Shown one piece after another: positions 28,934-38,618 of a stretch of 64,000 nucleotides of DNA; position 1 is the stretch's first letter; the number at the start of each line of letters is the position of its first letter. The stretch is taken from contig JAFGUZ010000059.1 in the NCBI GenBank assembly GCA_016938275.1, positions 9,977 to 73,976 of the forward strand, read 5' to 3'. Origin of the DNA: Candidatus Delongbacteria bacterium. GTDB lineage: Bacteria; UBA4055. A model generated the notes under the pieces. That model had not been told where the DNA came from. It did not search any database and saw nothing but the letters and a program-made list of their open reading frames with translations. A program made the position numbers and the translations under genes.

Positions 28934-30439
28934 TTATTTAAAAAAAATCTTATGGCAACTTTTCTGAACATCTCTAAAATTAACCTTACCGTTTGCCATA
29001 AGCGGCATCTCTTCAATTTTAACGAAATGCTTTGGCATTGAGATTGGAGCAACCATCTTTTTTAATTCATTCTTTATCTTCTTCTCTTCAAAATCACCAC
29101 TGATAACGGCAACTATCTCATTACCTCGAACAGGATGAGGAATATCTACAAGGCAACATTTTGTATCTTCATCTAAAAGAGATTCCAGTTTATCTTCGAT
29201 AGCTACAAGTGACACCATTTCACCACCGATCTTAACAAATCTCTTTAGCCTACCTTTGTGCCATAAGAAACCATCATTATCAATAAGCCCCATATCACCT
29301 GTATCATACCAACCTGCGTGAATTCTTATACTCGATTCCTCATAATCTCCTAAATAACCGTTCATCACCAAATCGCCTTTTACGTAGATCTTACCAATTC
29401 GATTTGGTCCAAGCTTTTCTTCACTCTCAAGGTCAACAATTTTTACTTTTGCATTGAACAGTGGTTTACCAACACTACCAGGTTTATTCATTCCTGGAGA
29501 ATTAAAGGAAATTACAGGACTGGTTTCAGTTGTTCCATATCCTTCACAAATTTCAGAGCCATGTTTTTTAAAAAACGAATCTCTTATTATTGGAGTAAGT
29601 TTATCCCCTCCTGCAATGGCAATTCTTAAAGTAGAAAAATCACCTACTTCCGATTTTTGATTGTATCCGTGAAAAAAAGTTGGAGTTGCAGTAAGTACTG
29701 TAGCACGATATTTCTTAATATTTTTTGCAATCGTCTCATATTCCAGAGGATTTGCCTGAGTTACTATTGAAGAACCACATATAATTGGAAGCCATAAGGA
29801 AGTAGTTAAACCATAAATATGAAAATTAGGTAAAACAGCCATAAAAACATCAGTTTCATTAAAGTCTATTCTTTCTCTCAAGCCTTCTACATTGGAAGTT
29901 ATATTTTTATGAGAAAGAGGTACAGCTTTAGGATCCTTTTCAGATCCACTCGTAAACAATACTATAGAATTATCAGTATCTTCACCTTTGTAAACAAATT
30001 TATCAGGTTTTAGAGATTTTAAACCTACTTTAACTTTCGATAGAACTTTAGCATTTTTTATTAAATCTTCAATTAGAATCATATGTTCGTCTTTTTGAAT
30101 ACCAAGCTTTTCAAGTAGCTTTCCCGTGGTTAATATGATTTCGAAACCACATTTCTCTCTTGCAAAAAGACAATTATTTTGAGCTCCGGTTGAGTAGTTA
30201 ATCATTACAGGAACGCGACCTTTCATAAGAACCGCCAAAATTGAAATCAGACATGCGGCAGAAGTAGGAAGCATAATCCCAATATAGAATCTATCGTGGG
30301 AAGGAATACTGTCCATCACTAAAAGAGAAGCCTGTAAAACCTGTTTATAAGTTAAATCCTTTCCCGTAGCCTGATCGTATACACATATCTGTTGAGGATT
30401 AGCTTTGTATGATTTTATAAAATGATGATGTAATTGCAT
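28934..30439 (-). CDS. AMP-binding (adenylate-forming) enzyme, acyl-CoA/acyl-ACP synthetase-like, paralog 2
   Basis: LFTSGSEKDPKAV, GYGTTETSP and YDTGDMG. Collinear with paralog 1 and the same length (501 vs 502 aa). Confidence 0.75.
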   Translation of the reverse strand: MQLHHHFIKSYKANPQQICVYDQATGKDLTYKQVLQASLLVMDSIPSHDRFYIGIMLPTSAACLISILAVLMKGRVPVMINYSTGAQNNCLFAREKCGFEIILTTGKLLEKLGIQKDEHMILIEDLIKNAKVLSKVKVGLKSLKPDKFVYKGEDTDNSIVLFTSGSEKDPKAVPLSHKNITSNVEGLRERIDFNETDVFMAVLPNFHIYGLTTSLWLPIICGSSIVTQANPLEYETIAKNIKKYRATVLTATPTFFHGYNQKSEVGDFSTLRIAIAGGDKLTPIIRDSFFKKHGSEICEGYGTTETSPVISFNSPGMNKPGSVGKPLFNAKVKIVDLESEEKLGPNRIGKIYVKGDLVMNGYLGDYEESSIRIHAGWYDTGDMGLIDNDGFLWHKGRLKRFVKIGGEMVSLVAIEDKLESLLDEDTKCCLVDIPHPVRGNEIVAVISGDFEEKKIKNELKKMVAPISMPKHFVKIEEMPLMANGKVNFRDVQKSCHKIFFK

Positions 30440-30954
30440 TATCTTTTCCTTATCTGATTTATTACATTTGTTGTTGAGCGTCCCTCCGTAAGCTCAATTG
30501 TAACAACTCTACCTCCATAACTTTTAACAATATCTGAACCAACTATGTACTTATTAGAATTCTTATCAACTTCGTTAGCATCGTAATCTCCACCTTTGAC
30601 AAGAATATCTGGTAAAATTTTCCTTATCAATTCCAGTGGTGTATCTTCACCAAAAACAATGGTTTTATCCACTGATTTTAGATTTTCAATTATAAAAGAT
30701 CGGTCAAGTTCTCTATTTACTGGTCTTTCCGGACCTTTTAATCTTTTAACCGAGTCATCAGAATTTATACCAACAATCAATATATCTCCAAGCTTTGCTG
30801 CTTCGTTGAGATAATCCACATGTCCTTTATGCAAAATATCAAAAACTCCATTCGTAAAAACAATTTTTTTGTTTGCTAACTTAGCTTGAGCTATAAACTT
30901 TTCTGTTTTATTATCCATTAACAATATCATACAACCTTTTAAATTCTTCTTCAA
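30439..30954 (-). CDS. rfaE2: D-glycero-beta-D-manno-heptose 1-phosphate adenylyltransferase (standalone HldE/RfaE domain II)
   Basis: FTNGVFDILHKGHVDYL...LIVGINSDDSVKRLKGPERPVN...DTPLELIRKILPDILVKGGDY...STTNVI matches the E. coli HldE C-terminal domain nearly motif for motif. An alternative start at Met9 (30930) would reduce the overlap with the upstream gene. Confidence 0.85.
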   Translation of the reverse strand: MKKNLKGCMILLMDNKTEKFIAQAKLANKKIVFTNGVFDILHKGHVDYLNEAAKLGDILIVGINSDDSVKRLKGPERPVNRELDRSFIIENLKSVDKTIVFGEDTPLELIRKILPDILVKGGDYDANEVDKNSNKYIVGSDIVKSYGGRVVTIELTEGRSTTNVINQIRKR

Positions 30955-31192
30955 ATTTCACAATTGAAACATTTCCCGTTTTTCTGATATACTCCTTCCC
31001 ATCAACTTTAACAATTATGGTTGGAGCTGAAAGTACACCATCCTCATTTTCATAAATAGAACTTGTAATTCGCCGTTCTTCAAAATCAACTTTTTCAAAG
31101 ATAGACAGCATTGCCTTCAATCTCATACCAATAGGCTTACACATATTGCATAAATCTGAACTATAATAGATGATGCAAATTGAATTATTCAT
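30911..31192 (-). CDS. Small thioredoxin/glutaredoxin-like protein (CxxC)
   Basis: 93 aa with a CNMC dithiol motif near the N-terminus and a thioredoxin-fold-like beta-alpha pattern. Confidence 0.4.
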   Translation of the reverse strand: MNNSICIIYYSSDLCNMCKPIGMRLKAMLSIFEKVDFEERRITSSIYENEDGVLSAPTIIVKVDGKEYIRKTGNVSIVKFEEEFKRLYDIVNG

Positions 31193-32315
31193 TATTAGCC
31201 TCAGATTTTCTAAATAACTCTATTAACTCATCTTGGGCTGCAATAGGTGAAATATTACCATTGATAATACTATCTTCAAGCTCTTTTTTTCTCGTTCCCA
31301 CTTCACGGTTTACTCTAAAATTATATTCTAGTCTTTCAAGAAGTAAAGAGTCAAACCAACTGAGTAATTGTCTGTTTCTTTTCTCCTCGAAAACTCCGTT
31401 TCTTTTAATTATTTTTATATAATTTTCTATCATCGAATAAACATCACTTATCCCACTGCCGGTAACAGCTGAAGTTAAATATACAGGGACATTCCACCAG
31501 TTACATCTATTTCTTGAAAGATGTAAAGCAATTTCCTTTTCGGATTTAGCAAGTTTTGCTCTATGAATATTGTCCCCATCGGCTTTAGTTATAGCGATTC
31601 CATCTGCCATTTCCATAATACCTTTTTTAATCCCTTGAAGCTCATCACCGGCACCAGCAAGTTCTAGTAATAGAAAAAAATCAGTCATTGAATGAACCAG
31701 AGTTTCACTCTGCCCCACCCCTACCGTTTCTATTATTATTACATCATAACCTGCCGCTTCACATAAATAAATAGTTTCTCTGGTTCTTCTATTGACTCCC
31801 CCCAATGAGCCAGCAGAAGGAGATGGTCTGATAAAGGCATTATCAGATCCAGACAATTTTTCCATTCTTGTTTTGTCGCCAAGAATAGAACCACCGGTTA
31901 TGCCAGAACTAGGATCAACGGACAATACAGCAACCTTAAGCTTTTTTTGAATTAAATGCATTCCAAAGGATTCTATAAAGGTACTTTTACCTACGCCAGG
32001 GACACCAGTTATACCTATTCTCAATGAATTACCGGAGTATTTTATACATTCATCTATCACTTCAGATGCTAATTTAATATCAGAAAGTTTATTCGATTCG
32101 ATTACTGTAATTGCTTTTCCAAGTGACACTCTACATCCGTCAAGAATACCCTTAATCAATGAATTTTTATCTTCTTTTTTCCTCTTTAATCCTAAAAACC
32201 GATCTCTGGATTTTTGAGTAATCGAACTTTCAACCATTACTCCATCGTTTACTTTTAAGGCACTATCTTCTTTTAAAGGTGTTAAATTTATATCCCTGAA
32301 TTGTATATTATTCAT
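31185..32315 (-). CDS. meaB: MeaB/ArgK-family G-protein (methylmalonyl-CoA mutase-associated GTPase)
   Basis: P-loop GITGVPGVGKSTFIESFG (cf. E. coli ArgK GITGTPGAGKSTFLEAFG). Switch region IIIETVGVGQSE and an NKAD-type G4 (ITKADG). Confidence 0.8.
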   Translation of the reverse strand: MNNIQFRDINLTPLKEDSALKVNDGVMVESSITQKSRDRFLGLKRKKEDKNSLIKGILDGCRVSLGKAITVIESNKLSDIKLASEVIDECIKYSGNSLRIGITGVPGVGKSTFIESFGMHLIQKKLKVAVLSVDPSSGITGGSILGDKTRMEKLSGSDNAFIRPSPSAGSLGGVNRRTRETIYLCEAAGYDVIIIETVGVGQSETLVHSMTDFFLLLELAGAGDELQGIKKGIMEMADGIAITKADGDNIHRAKLAKSEKEIALHLSRNRCNWWNVPVYLTSAVTGSGISDVYSMIENYIKIIKRNGVFEEKRNRQLLSWFDSLLLERLEYNFRVNREVGTRKKELEDSIINGNISPIAAQDELIELFRKSEANNE

Positions 32316-33444
32316 CTCTATAAAGTCTTTCGATTAATTCGTCGTTCAGATCTAATATAGCATCAATTTGTGGGTCCAAAATATTGATATGATTTGACAG
32401 CTCTTTTTCGACTTTTTTTACAATATCTGAAAACCTCATCTTACCATCTAAAAATTTTTGAACGAAAACTTCATTAGCCCCATTCAAAACAACCGGATAC
32501 GTTCCACCAAAAGAGATTGCTTTTCTTGCTAAATCAATTGCAGGGAACTTCTTTGAATCTGGATTGAAAAAAGATAATGATCTTATCTTCGCTAAATCCA
32601 AATATGGAAGCATAAGCTCTTTTCGATCAGGAAAAGTAAGAGCAAATTGAATTGGAATTTTCATATCAGCAATACCCATTTGGGCAATAAACGAACAGTC
32701 TACGTATTCAACCATGGAGTGAACAACTGATTGGGGATGAATTAAAACATCAATTTTTTCTTCACCAACACCAAAAAGATGTACAGCTTCAATCAGTTCA
32801 AGTCCCTTATTCATCATTGTAGCAGAATCAATTGATATCTTTCTTCCCATACTCCAATTTGGATGTTTTAATGCTTCTTCTGGTTTAACTAGGTCAAAAT
32901 CGATATCTTTATCAAAAAAAGGACCTCCTGAAGCGGTAAGAACTATTTTTTTTACAGATTTATGATCTTCTCCTGTAAGTGCTTGAAATATTGCAGAATG
33001 TTCTGAATCAACTGGAATAATTCTACTTCCACTTTTGGCTGCTTCTTTGTTTAAAATAGAACCAGCCATAACTAAAGATTCTTTATTGGCTAATGCCAGA
33101 TCCTTCCCTTTTTTTATTACTTCAAGACTTGGACGTAGTCCTGACTGACCGACGATTGAATTTAGAACTATATCGCTTTCACCTGAGACTCCAACCAGAC
33201 TATCATATCCAGCCAAAACTTCTATTTCAAATCCACTTAACTCTTTTTTTACATAATCGTAGTATTTATCATTAACAATAACAACTTTTTCTGGATTGTA
33301 TTCAATGGCTTGCAAAATAAGTAGCTTATAGTTTTCATTAGCAGTAATTGTATCCAATTTGAATGATCCAGACAAATTTTTAAAGACTTTTAGAGCATTT
33401 ACTCCAATCGACCCTGTTGAACCAAGTATAGATAATCTTTTCAT
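32308..33444 (-). CDS. dxr: 1-deoxy-D-xylulose 5-phosphate reductoisomerase
   Basis: N-terminus [20 protein letters not shown] matches Dxr ([20 protein letters not shown]). 378 aa. Confidence 0.9.
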   Translation of the reverse strand: [378 protein letters not shown]

Positions 33445-33722
33445 TATACCCTTAATTAAATTATAACTTTAGAAAATATGAATTAATCGTAAAAAAATCA
33501 AATACTAAGAATAGAGGATTTCCTTCAAAAGAGCATGAACAAAAAACCTTGAAACTGTAATTTTACACAACATATGAATTAGCTTTTAATTTGCAATTTT
33601 GATAATTATTGAGATGTGATAAATAAGTTTACATTTTTTTTATTGAGATTAATACCAATCTCTCTTTTATTATAGAAAAGTTCAAATTTAGTAAACACAA
33701 TGCTTGAATATGCCGATTTTGA

Positions 33723-33751
33723 TTGACATTTTCTACTCAGGTGTTTAATTT
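33723..33751 (+). promoter_or_regulatory. Sigma70-type promoter (TTGACA-17-TAATTT) for the response-regulator / SpoIID / cinA operon
   Basis: TTGACA at 33723-33728, 17-nt spacer, TAATTT at 33746-33751. GGAG RBS before ATG 33755. Confidence 0.4.
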
Positions 33752-33754
33752 GGT

Positions 33755-34162
33755 TTGAGAACTAATTTCCTAGAGGAGTTTATGGCGTTGCCTGTAATAC
33801 TGGTTGTTGATGATGAGACTTATATGAGAGAAATGTTGAAAACATTTTTCGAAATGCACGAATATGAATGTCATGTAGCATCTGACGGGATCGAAGCATT
33901 GGAACTATTAAAAGAGAATCATATAGATATCATTATCACTGATATGAAAATGCCCCATATGAATGGACTTGATCTTTTGAAAACTGTTAAAAAAGATTAT
34001 GCAAACATTTCCGCAGTGATTATGACCGGATTCTCAGAAGAATATACTACAACCGAAGCACTAAATTATGGTGCCGATGGCTACATTACAAAACCATTCC
34101 GAAATAAAGAACTTTTACTAATTTTAAAGAGAATTCAACAAATCGGAGAAATGGAACTTTAG
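33755..34162 (+). CDS. Single-domain response regulator (CheY-like receiver)
   Basis: ILVVDDETYMREML...DIIITDMKMPHMNGLDLL...K. It has the canonical DD, D and K positions. Confidence 0.8.
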   Translation: MRTNFLEEFMALPVILVVDDETYMREMLKTFFEMHEYECHVASDGIEALELLKENHIDIIITDMKMPHMNGLDLLKTVKKDYANISAVIMTGFSEEYTTTEALNYGADGYITKPFRNKELLLILKRIQQIGEMEL

Positions 34163-34165
34163 AAA

Positions 34166-35563
34166 ATGTTAAAAAGGATCCTTTTTCTTTGGGCATCATC
34201 GATGCTTTTTTTTTGTTGTTCTCCTGTTGTAGTTGATAGAAAATCAGATAAATCCGATGATATTCAAATTGAAAAATTTGATGTCCCACAGAATAAAAAA
34301 GAGATCCGGAAACAATCTACAATTCAAGAGTTTCCTGAAACTTTTTTCTATCCTGTTGACAAGAAAATCATTAGAGTTGGACTTTTAGAAAGTAAAAGGA
34401 TTAATTTTAAGATTGATCAAGGCTATAGAGTTCTTGGGACAATTTTAAAGTCTGGGGCTTACATATCCGATATTTACAATGGAAAGTTAAGGATCTTATC
34501 TGGGAAAAGAGTCTTAGTTTCAGGTGAAGAACTAGTGCTAGAACCAGAATTTAAAAATTCTTCATTTATAATCCCTTCAAAAAAACAAGGTAAGGGGTGG
34601 CATTGGGAACAAAAAGGAAATATTCCTTACAATGGTGAGATTATCATCAGTAAAAAAGGGAGTACTTGCCTTGTTGTTAATAAACTTGACATTGAAGATT
34701 ATCTTAAGGGCGTTGTACCATCTGAAATGCCTTCAAAAGCAGGCTTAGAACCTCTTAAAGCCCAGGCAGTCCTTGCAAGAACAAATGCCTATCATTCAAT
34801 CGTGGAACAAAATGGTAAATATGATATTTTTAGTGATGTTTATGATCAGGTTTTTCTTGGAAACTTGAAAAGATCTGACGTCTCTGATCTAGCGGTTGAT
34901 CTTACAAAAAATGAGATTTTAACCTATGAAGAACAACCAATTTATGTTTACTTTCATGCCGTTTCGGGTGGAAGAACTGAAAAATCAAGCAATGTTTGGA
35001 ATAATGTAGATCTCCCATATATAACTCCTGTGTGGACTACAAAAACAGTTCCATCTTTAGATCTTTCAAATGAAAATGATTTTAAATTCTATATTGAAAA
35101 CAATTTCACAAGTTTCTTTAATCTCGAAAAGTATAATGTCGATGAAGGTTTAAGTTACCTTTTTAAATATTACCGATGGGAATTGAGAAGTTCCAAGAAG
35201 TCTATAGAAGCAAGAATGTCAAAAAAATATAAAAATATTGGAAAATTTAAATCAATTGATATTTTAAAAAGAACTTCAAGTGGAAAAGTTATTTCAATTA
35301 AGATCAACGGTGATAAAGGTTCATACAAAGTAGATGGAGAATTGAGTATTAGAAGAATTTTATCAGATCCACCTTTGTATAGTTCAAATTTTTATTATGA
35401 TGTCAAAGGTGATGATATATTATTTTTGGGATCAGGACATGGACATGGAGCAGGTTTATGTCAATCCAGTGCTATTGGTATGGCGATTGAGGGAAGATCT
35501 TATAAAGAAATAGTTTCTTTATTCTATCCAGGCACAAAATTTTCAAAGGTTATTTCTAAATAA
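34166..35563 (+). CDS. SpoIID/LytB domain protein (lytic transglycosylase / amidase-enhancer family)
   Basis: YLKGVVPSEMPSKAGLEPLKAQAVLARTNAY matches the SpoIID/LytB core, and there is a signal peptide. Confidence 0.75.
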   Translation: MLKRILFLWASSMLFFCCSPVVVDRKSDKSDDIQIEKFDVPQNKKEIRKQSTIQEFPETFFYPVDKKIIRVGLLESKRINFKIDQGYRVLGTILKSGAYISDIYNGKLRILSGKRVLVSGEELVLEPEFKNSSFIIPSKKQGKGWHWEQKGNIPYNGEIIISKKGSTCLVVNKLDIEDYLKGVVPSEMPSKAGLEPLKAQAVLARTNAYHSIVEQNGKYDIFSDVYDQVFLGNLKRSDVSDLAVDLTKNEILTYEEQPIYVYFHAVSGGRTEKSSNVWNNVDLPYITPVWTTKTVPSLDLSNENDFKFYIENNFTSFFNLEKYNVDEGLSYLFKYYRWELRSSKKSIEARMSKKYKNIGKFKSIDILKRTSSGKVISIKINGDKGSYKVDGELSIRRILSDPPLYSSNFYYDVKGDDILFLGSGHGHGAGLCQSSAIGMAIEGRSYKEIVSLFYPGTKFSKVISK

Positions 35564-35565
35564 GT

Positions 35566-36834
35566 TTGGAGTTTAAATTGCTAAAAATTTCATTGATAAC
35601 CATTGGTGATGAACTTTTAAAGGGCTCTACACTGGATACACATCTTAAGTTTATTGGTGAAGAGTTATATTCGAATGGCATAAAAATTCTTCATCATGAA
35701 ACTATTACTGACGAGAAATTTGATATACACGATACGATTAAAAGAAATTTGGAAAAATATGATATTGTTATTACAACAGGCGGACTCGGTCCAACACCAG
35801 ATGACAGAACAATCCAAGTAATAGCAGAACTTTTAGAGGATAATTTGATTATTTCAAATGAAGTTTTATCTGATATCGAATATTTCTTCAAACAGAGAAA
35901 TCGAGAAGTAAATACTCTTAGTCACGATCAAGCACTAGTTTTCAGTAAAGGTAATTTTCTTAGAAATGCTCTTGGAACAGCTCCTGGACATCATCTACGT
36001 GTCAATGATAGTATTAAAATTGATAAATTAGGTAATAAACATCTCTTCATTCTACAGGGTGTTCCTTATGAAATGAGAAACTTATTTACAAAAAATGTAC
36101 TTCCTGAAATAATAAAATTAAACGATATGTTTGAACTTTTTAGAACTTTTAAAACTATAGGAATTGGTGAAAGTGATCTGGTTCTAAAAATTTCAAATTT
36201 GAAGGAAATTGAAGAAAAGTGTGATATTGCTTTTTATCCTCAAAACAATGGTGTTAAGCTAGTTATCACAAAAAGGGGTACCGATAAAAACACATTAGAA
36301 AAAGAGTTAGATTACTTAGCGTCACTACTTCTTATTGATATTGAACAATTTATCGTAAAAGAGAACAGTAGTATTGAAAAGGAAGTTGTAGAAAAACTTA
36401 AAGAAAAAAAATTAAAAATATCATTTGCTGAAAGCTGTACAGGTGGCTTGATATGCTCAAAGATAGTATCGATCCCAGACGCATCTTTTGTGCTGGATCG
36501 TTCATATGTTACTTATTCAAATAAGGCTAAATTTGAGGTACTAAATGTCAATCCTTACACTTTAGAGCTTAGTGGAGCTGTTAGTAGTGAAACTGTTGAT
36601 GAAATGATGGAAGGTCTTTTAGCCGAAACTGATGCAGATATTGTAGCTGCCATATCTGGAATTGCAGGACCTGGTGGAGGTACAAAAATAAAGCCTGTAG
36701 GTACGGTATTCATGGGTTATCGATTCAGAAATGGCGAAAAAAAGATTGTTAAAAACTTTTTTACAGGTGAAAGAGTTGATATTCAGGAAAAATCTGCAAA
36801 CTTTCTTTTAGATTTGATCAGAAAAGTTCTATGA
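35566..36834 (+). CDS. cinA: Competence/damage-inducible protein CinA (MoCF-biosynthesis-like N-domain plus CinA C-domain)
   Basis: ISLITIGDELLKG...DIVITTGGLGPTPDD matches the CinA N-terminus, with a CinA C-terminal domain. The start is probably TTG 35566 or 35578. Confidence 0.85.
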   Translation: MEFKLLKISLITIGDELLKGSTLDTHLKFIGEELYSNGIKILHHETITDEKFDIHDTIKRNLEKYDIVITTGGLGPTPDDRTIQVIAELLEDNLIISNEVLSDIEYFFKQRNREVNTLSHDQALVFSKGNFLRNALGTAPGHHLRVNDSIKIDKLGNKHLFILQGVPYEMRNLFTKNVLPEIIKLNDMFELFRTFKTIGIGESDLVLKISNLKEIEEKCDIAFYPQNNGVKLVITKRGTDKNTLEKELDYLASLLLIDIEQFIVKENSSIEKEVVEKLKEKKLKISFAESCTGGLICSKIVSIPDASFVLDRSYVTYSNKAKFEVLNVNPYTLELSGAVSSETVDEMMEGLLAETDADIVAAISGIAGPGGGTKIKPVGTVFMGYRFRNGEKKIVKNFFTGERVDIQEKSANFLLDLIRKVL

Positions 36835-36880
36835 CTTAGCTTAATTTTATTTTTTTGTATTGATACAAGTCTTAAATTGT

Positions 36881-36919
36881 AGAAGGGAGCCATTAAGAAG
36901 TGCATCTTTTCTCCCTTTT
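36881..36919 (+). terminator. Putative terminator hairpin after cinA (AGAAGGGAG ... CTCCCTTTT with T-tail)
   Basis: 7-9-bp GC-containing stem with a long loop, followed by TTTT, in the convergent intergenic region. Confidence 0.35.
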
Positions 36920-36942
36920 ATATAAATAATAATTAAACAATA

Positions 36943-37614
36943 TTAATAATAGATTGTTTCGTCAGGTATACCGGCTTCCTCGAATCCTTTTATACGTAAT
37001 TGACACGACTCACATTTTCCACAAGCTTTATCATCTATAGGACTGTAGCAAGTTAAAGTTTTTGAATAATCTACACCATTCATTTTACCTGTTTTTATGA
37101 TTTCACCTTTAGTAGAATGAAGAAATGGGGCAATTATTTCAATTTTAGCTTTACCTATTATTAAATTTTTTGTTGCTCTATCAGCCATTTTTTGGAAAGC
37201 CTCTATATATTCTGGTCTACAATCAGGATAACCAGAATAATCTACACTGTTTACACCTATATAAATTTCGGTAGCATCAATGGATTCAGCCAAAGCAAGT
37301 GCATGTGAAAGAAAAACGGTATTTCTAGCAGGAACATAAGTTGAAGGTATATTTCCATCTGGTTGTTTATGTGGTACGTCAATATTTGGATTAGTGAGGG
37401 CAGAATTTGAGAAAAATTCAGGATCAAGCTTGCATATCAGATGTTTTTTAACCAAAAACTTCATCGAATTATACCTTGCTAATTCAAGTTCATATCGATT
37501 TTTCTGACCATAATCAAAAGAAACAGTATAGATCTCTCTTCCTTTTGATGCTGCCAGAGCAAGACATGTTGTTGAATCAAGTCCACCTGATAGAAGCACA
37601 ACAGCTTTAATCAT
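36943..37614 (-). CDS. queC: 7-cyano-7-deazaguanine synthase
   Basis: MIKAVVLLSGGLDSTTCLA PP-loop and a C-terminal CxxC...C zinc motif (CGKCESC). Collinear with E. coli QueC. Confidence 0.9.
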   Translation of the reverse strand: MIKAVVLLSGGLDSTTCLALAASKGREIYTVSFDYGQKNRYELELARYNSMKFLVKKHLICKLDPEFFSNSALTNPNIDVPHKQPDGNIPSTYVPARNTVFLSHALALAESIDATEIYIGVNSVDYSGYPDCRPEYIEAFQKMADRATKNLIIGKAKIEIIAPFLHSTKGEIIKTGKMNGVDYSKTLTCYSPIDDKACGKCESCQLRIKGFEEAGIPDETIYY

Positions 37615-37616
37615 TT

Positions 37617-38618
37617 CTAATCCTCCTCCTTCTTTTCCCTTAACATCAATTTTGGAACTGCTAGCTGAGGGGCAACATCATTAAACAAAATTTCATAAAC
37701 AATCTCTGTTATTGGCATTTCTACTTCATTGTCCAATGATAATTTCCTTGCAATTCTCGCAGTTTCAACTCCTTCAGCCACCATGGTCATTGAAGCTAAA
37801 ATATCATTTAATCTTTCTCCTTTACCAATTCTAAAACCAACCTGATAATTTCTTGATAGAATTGAATTACATGTCAAAATCATATCACCAATACCGGTTA
37901 ATCCAGAAAAAGTTTCTCTTTTAGCCCCCATCTTCACACCAAACCTTGTCATCTCAGCAAGACCTCTTGTAAGTAAGGCAGCTTTAGAATTGTTCCCTAG
38001 ATCCATTCCATCATGAATACCAGCTGCTATTGCTATAATATTTTTAATACTACCGCCAATTTCAACACCGATGACATCAGAATTTGAATAAACTCTAAAA
38101 AATTTTGAAGAAAATAGATCTCTTATCTTATTTGCTGTTTCGATATTTTTACAAGCTGAAACAACAGTAGTTGGAGAACGTTTTATTGTAACTTCATTTG
38201 CAAAAGAGGGTCCCGCTAATATTACAAAGTTATCATCAGTAATTGTCTCAAAACTCTCCAAAAAAATCGTTCTAATATCTTCACCTGTAGACGCTTCGAT
38301 ACCTTTTGATACATTTACTAAGATTTTTTTACTGAAATCATACTCTTTAATAGAATTAAAGTAACCTCTTATGAATTGAGTCGGTACAGCATTTACAATG
38401 ACTTCTGCACAATCCATTACATAATTTATATTTGATGATATTATAATTTTTTCAGGAATTTTAAAACCATCAAGCTTTCCTTTAAGTTCTCTTGTTTGTA
38501 AAATTTCCTGAACAGCTTTTTCAGAAAACTCCCAAACATACACATCATGACCGTTTTCAAATAGGAGATAAGCCATGGACATTCCCCATGCTCCTGCTCC
38601 TAAAACAGCTATTTTCAT
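37617..38618 (-). CDS. gpsA: NAD(P)H-dependent glycerol-3-phosphate dehydrogenase
   Basis: MKIAVLGAGAWG Rossmann N-terminus and a GpsA-like core (GLTGIGDMILTC). Confidence 0.9.
   Translation of the reverse strand: MKIAVLGAGAWGMSMAYLLFENGHDVYVWEFSEKAVQEILQTRELKGKLDGFKIPEKIIISSNINYVMDCAEVIVNAVPTQFIRGYFNSIKEYDFSKKILVNVSKGIEASTGEDIRTIFLESFETITDDNFVILAGPSFANEVTIKRSPTTVVSACKNIETANKIRDLFSSKFFRVYSNSDVIGVEIGGSIKNIIAIAAGIHDGMDLGNNSKAALLTRGLAEMTRFGVKMGAKRETFSGLTGIGDMILTCNSILSRNYQVGFRIGKGERLNDILASMTMVAEGVETARIARKLSLDNEVEMPITEIVYEILFNDVAPQLAVPKLMLREKKEED

Noticed and set aside
33600-33700. Direct repeat ATTGAGAT x2 and small palindrome GAGATT-AATACC-AATCTC in the dxr / response-regulator divergent intergenic region, considered as regulator binding sites
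   Set aside because: Eight-mers recur by chance at this AT content, and I could define no consensus. It is noted only as a place to look if a regulator for this operon is sought.
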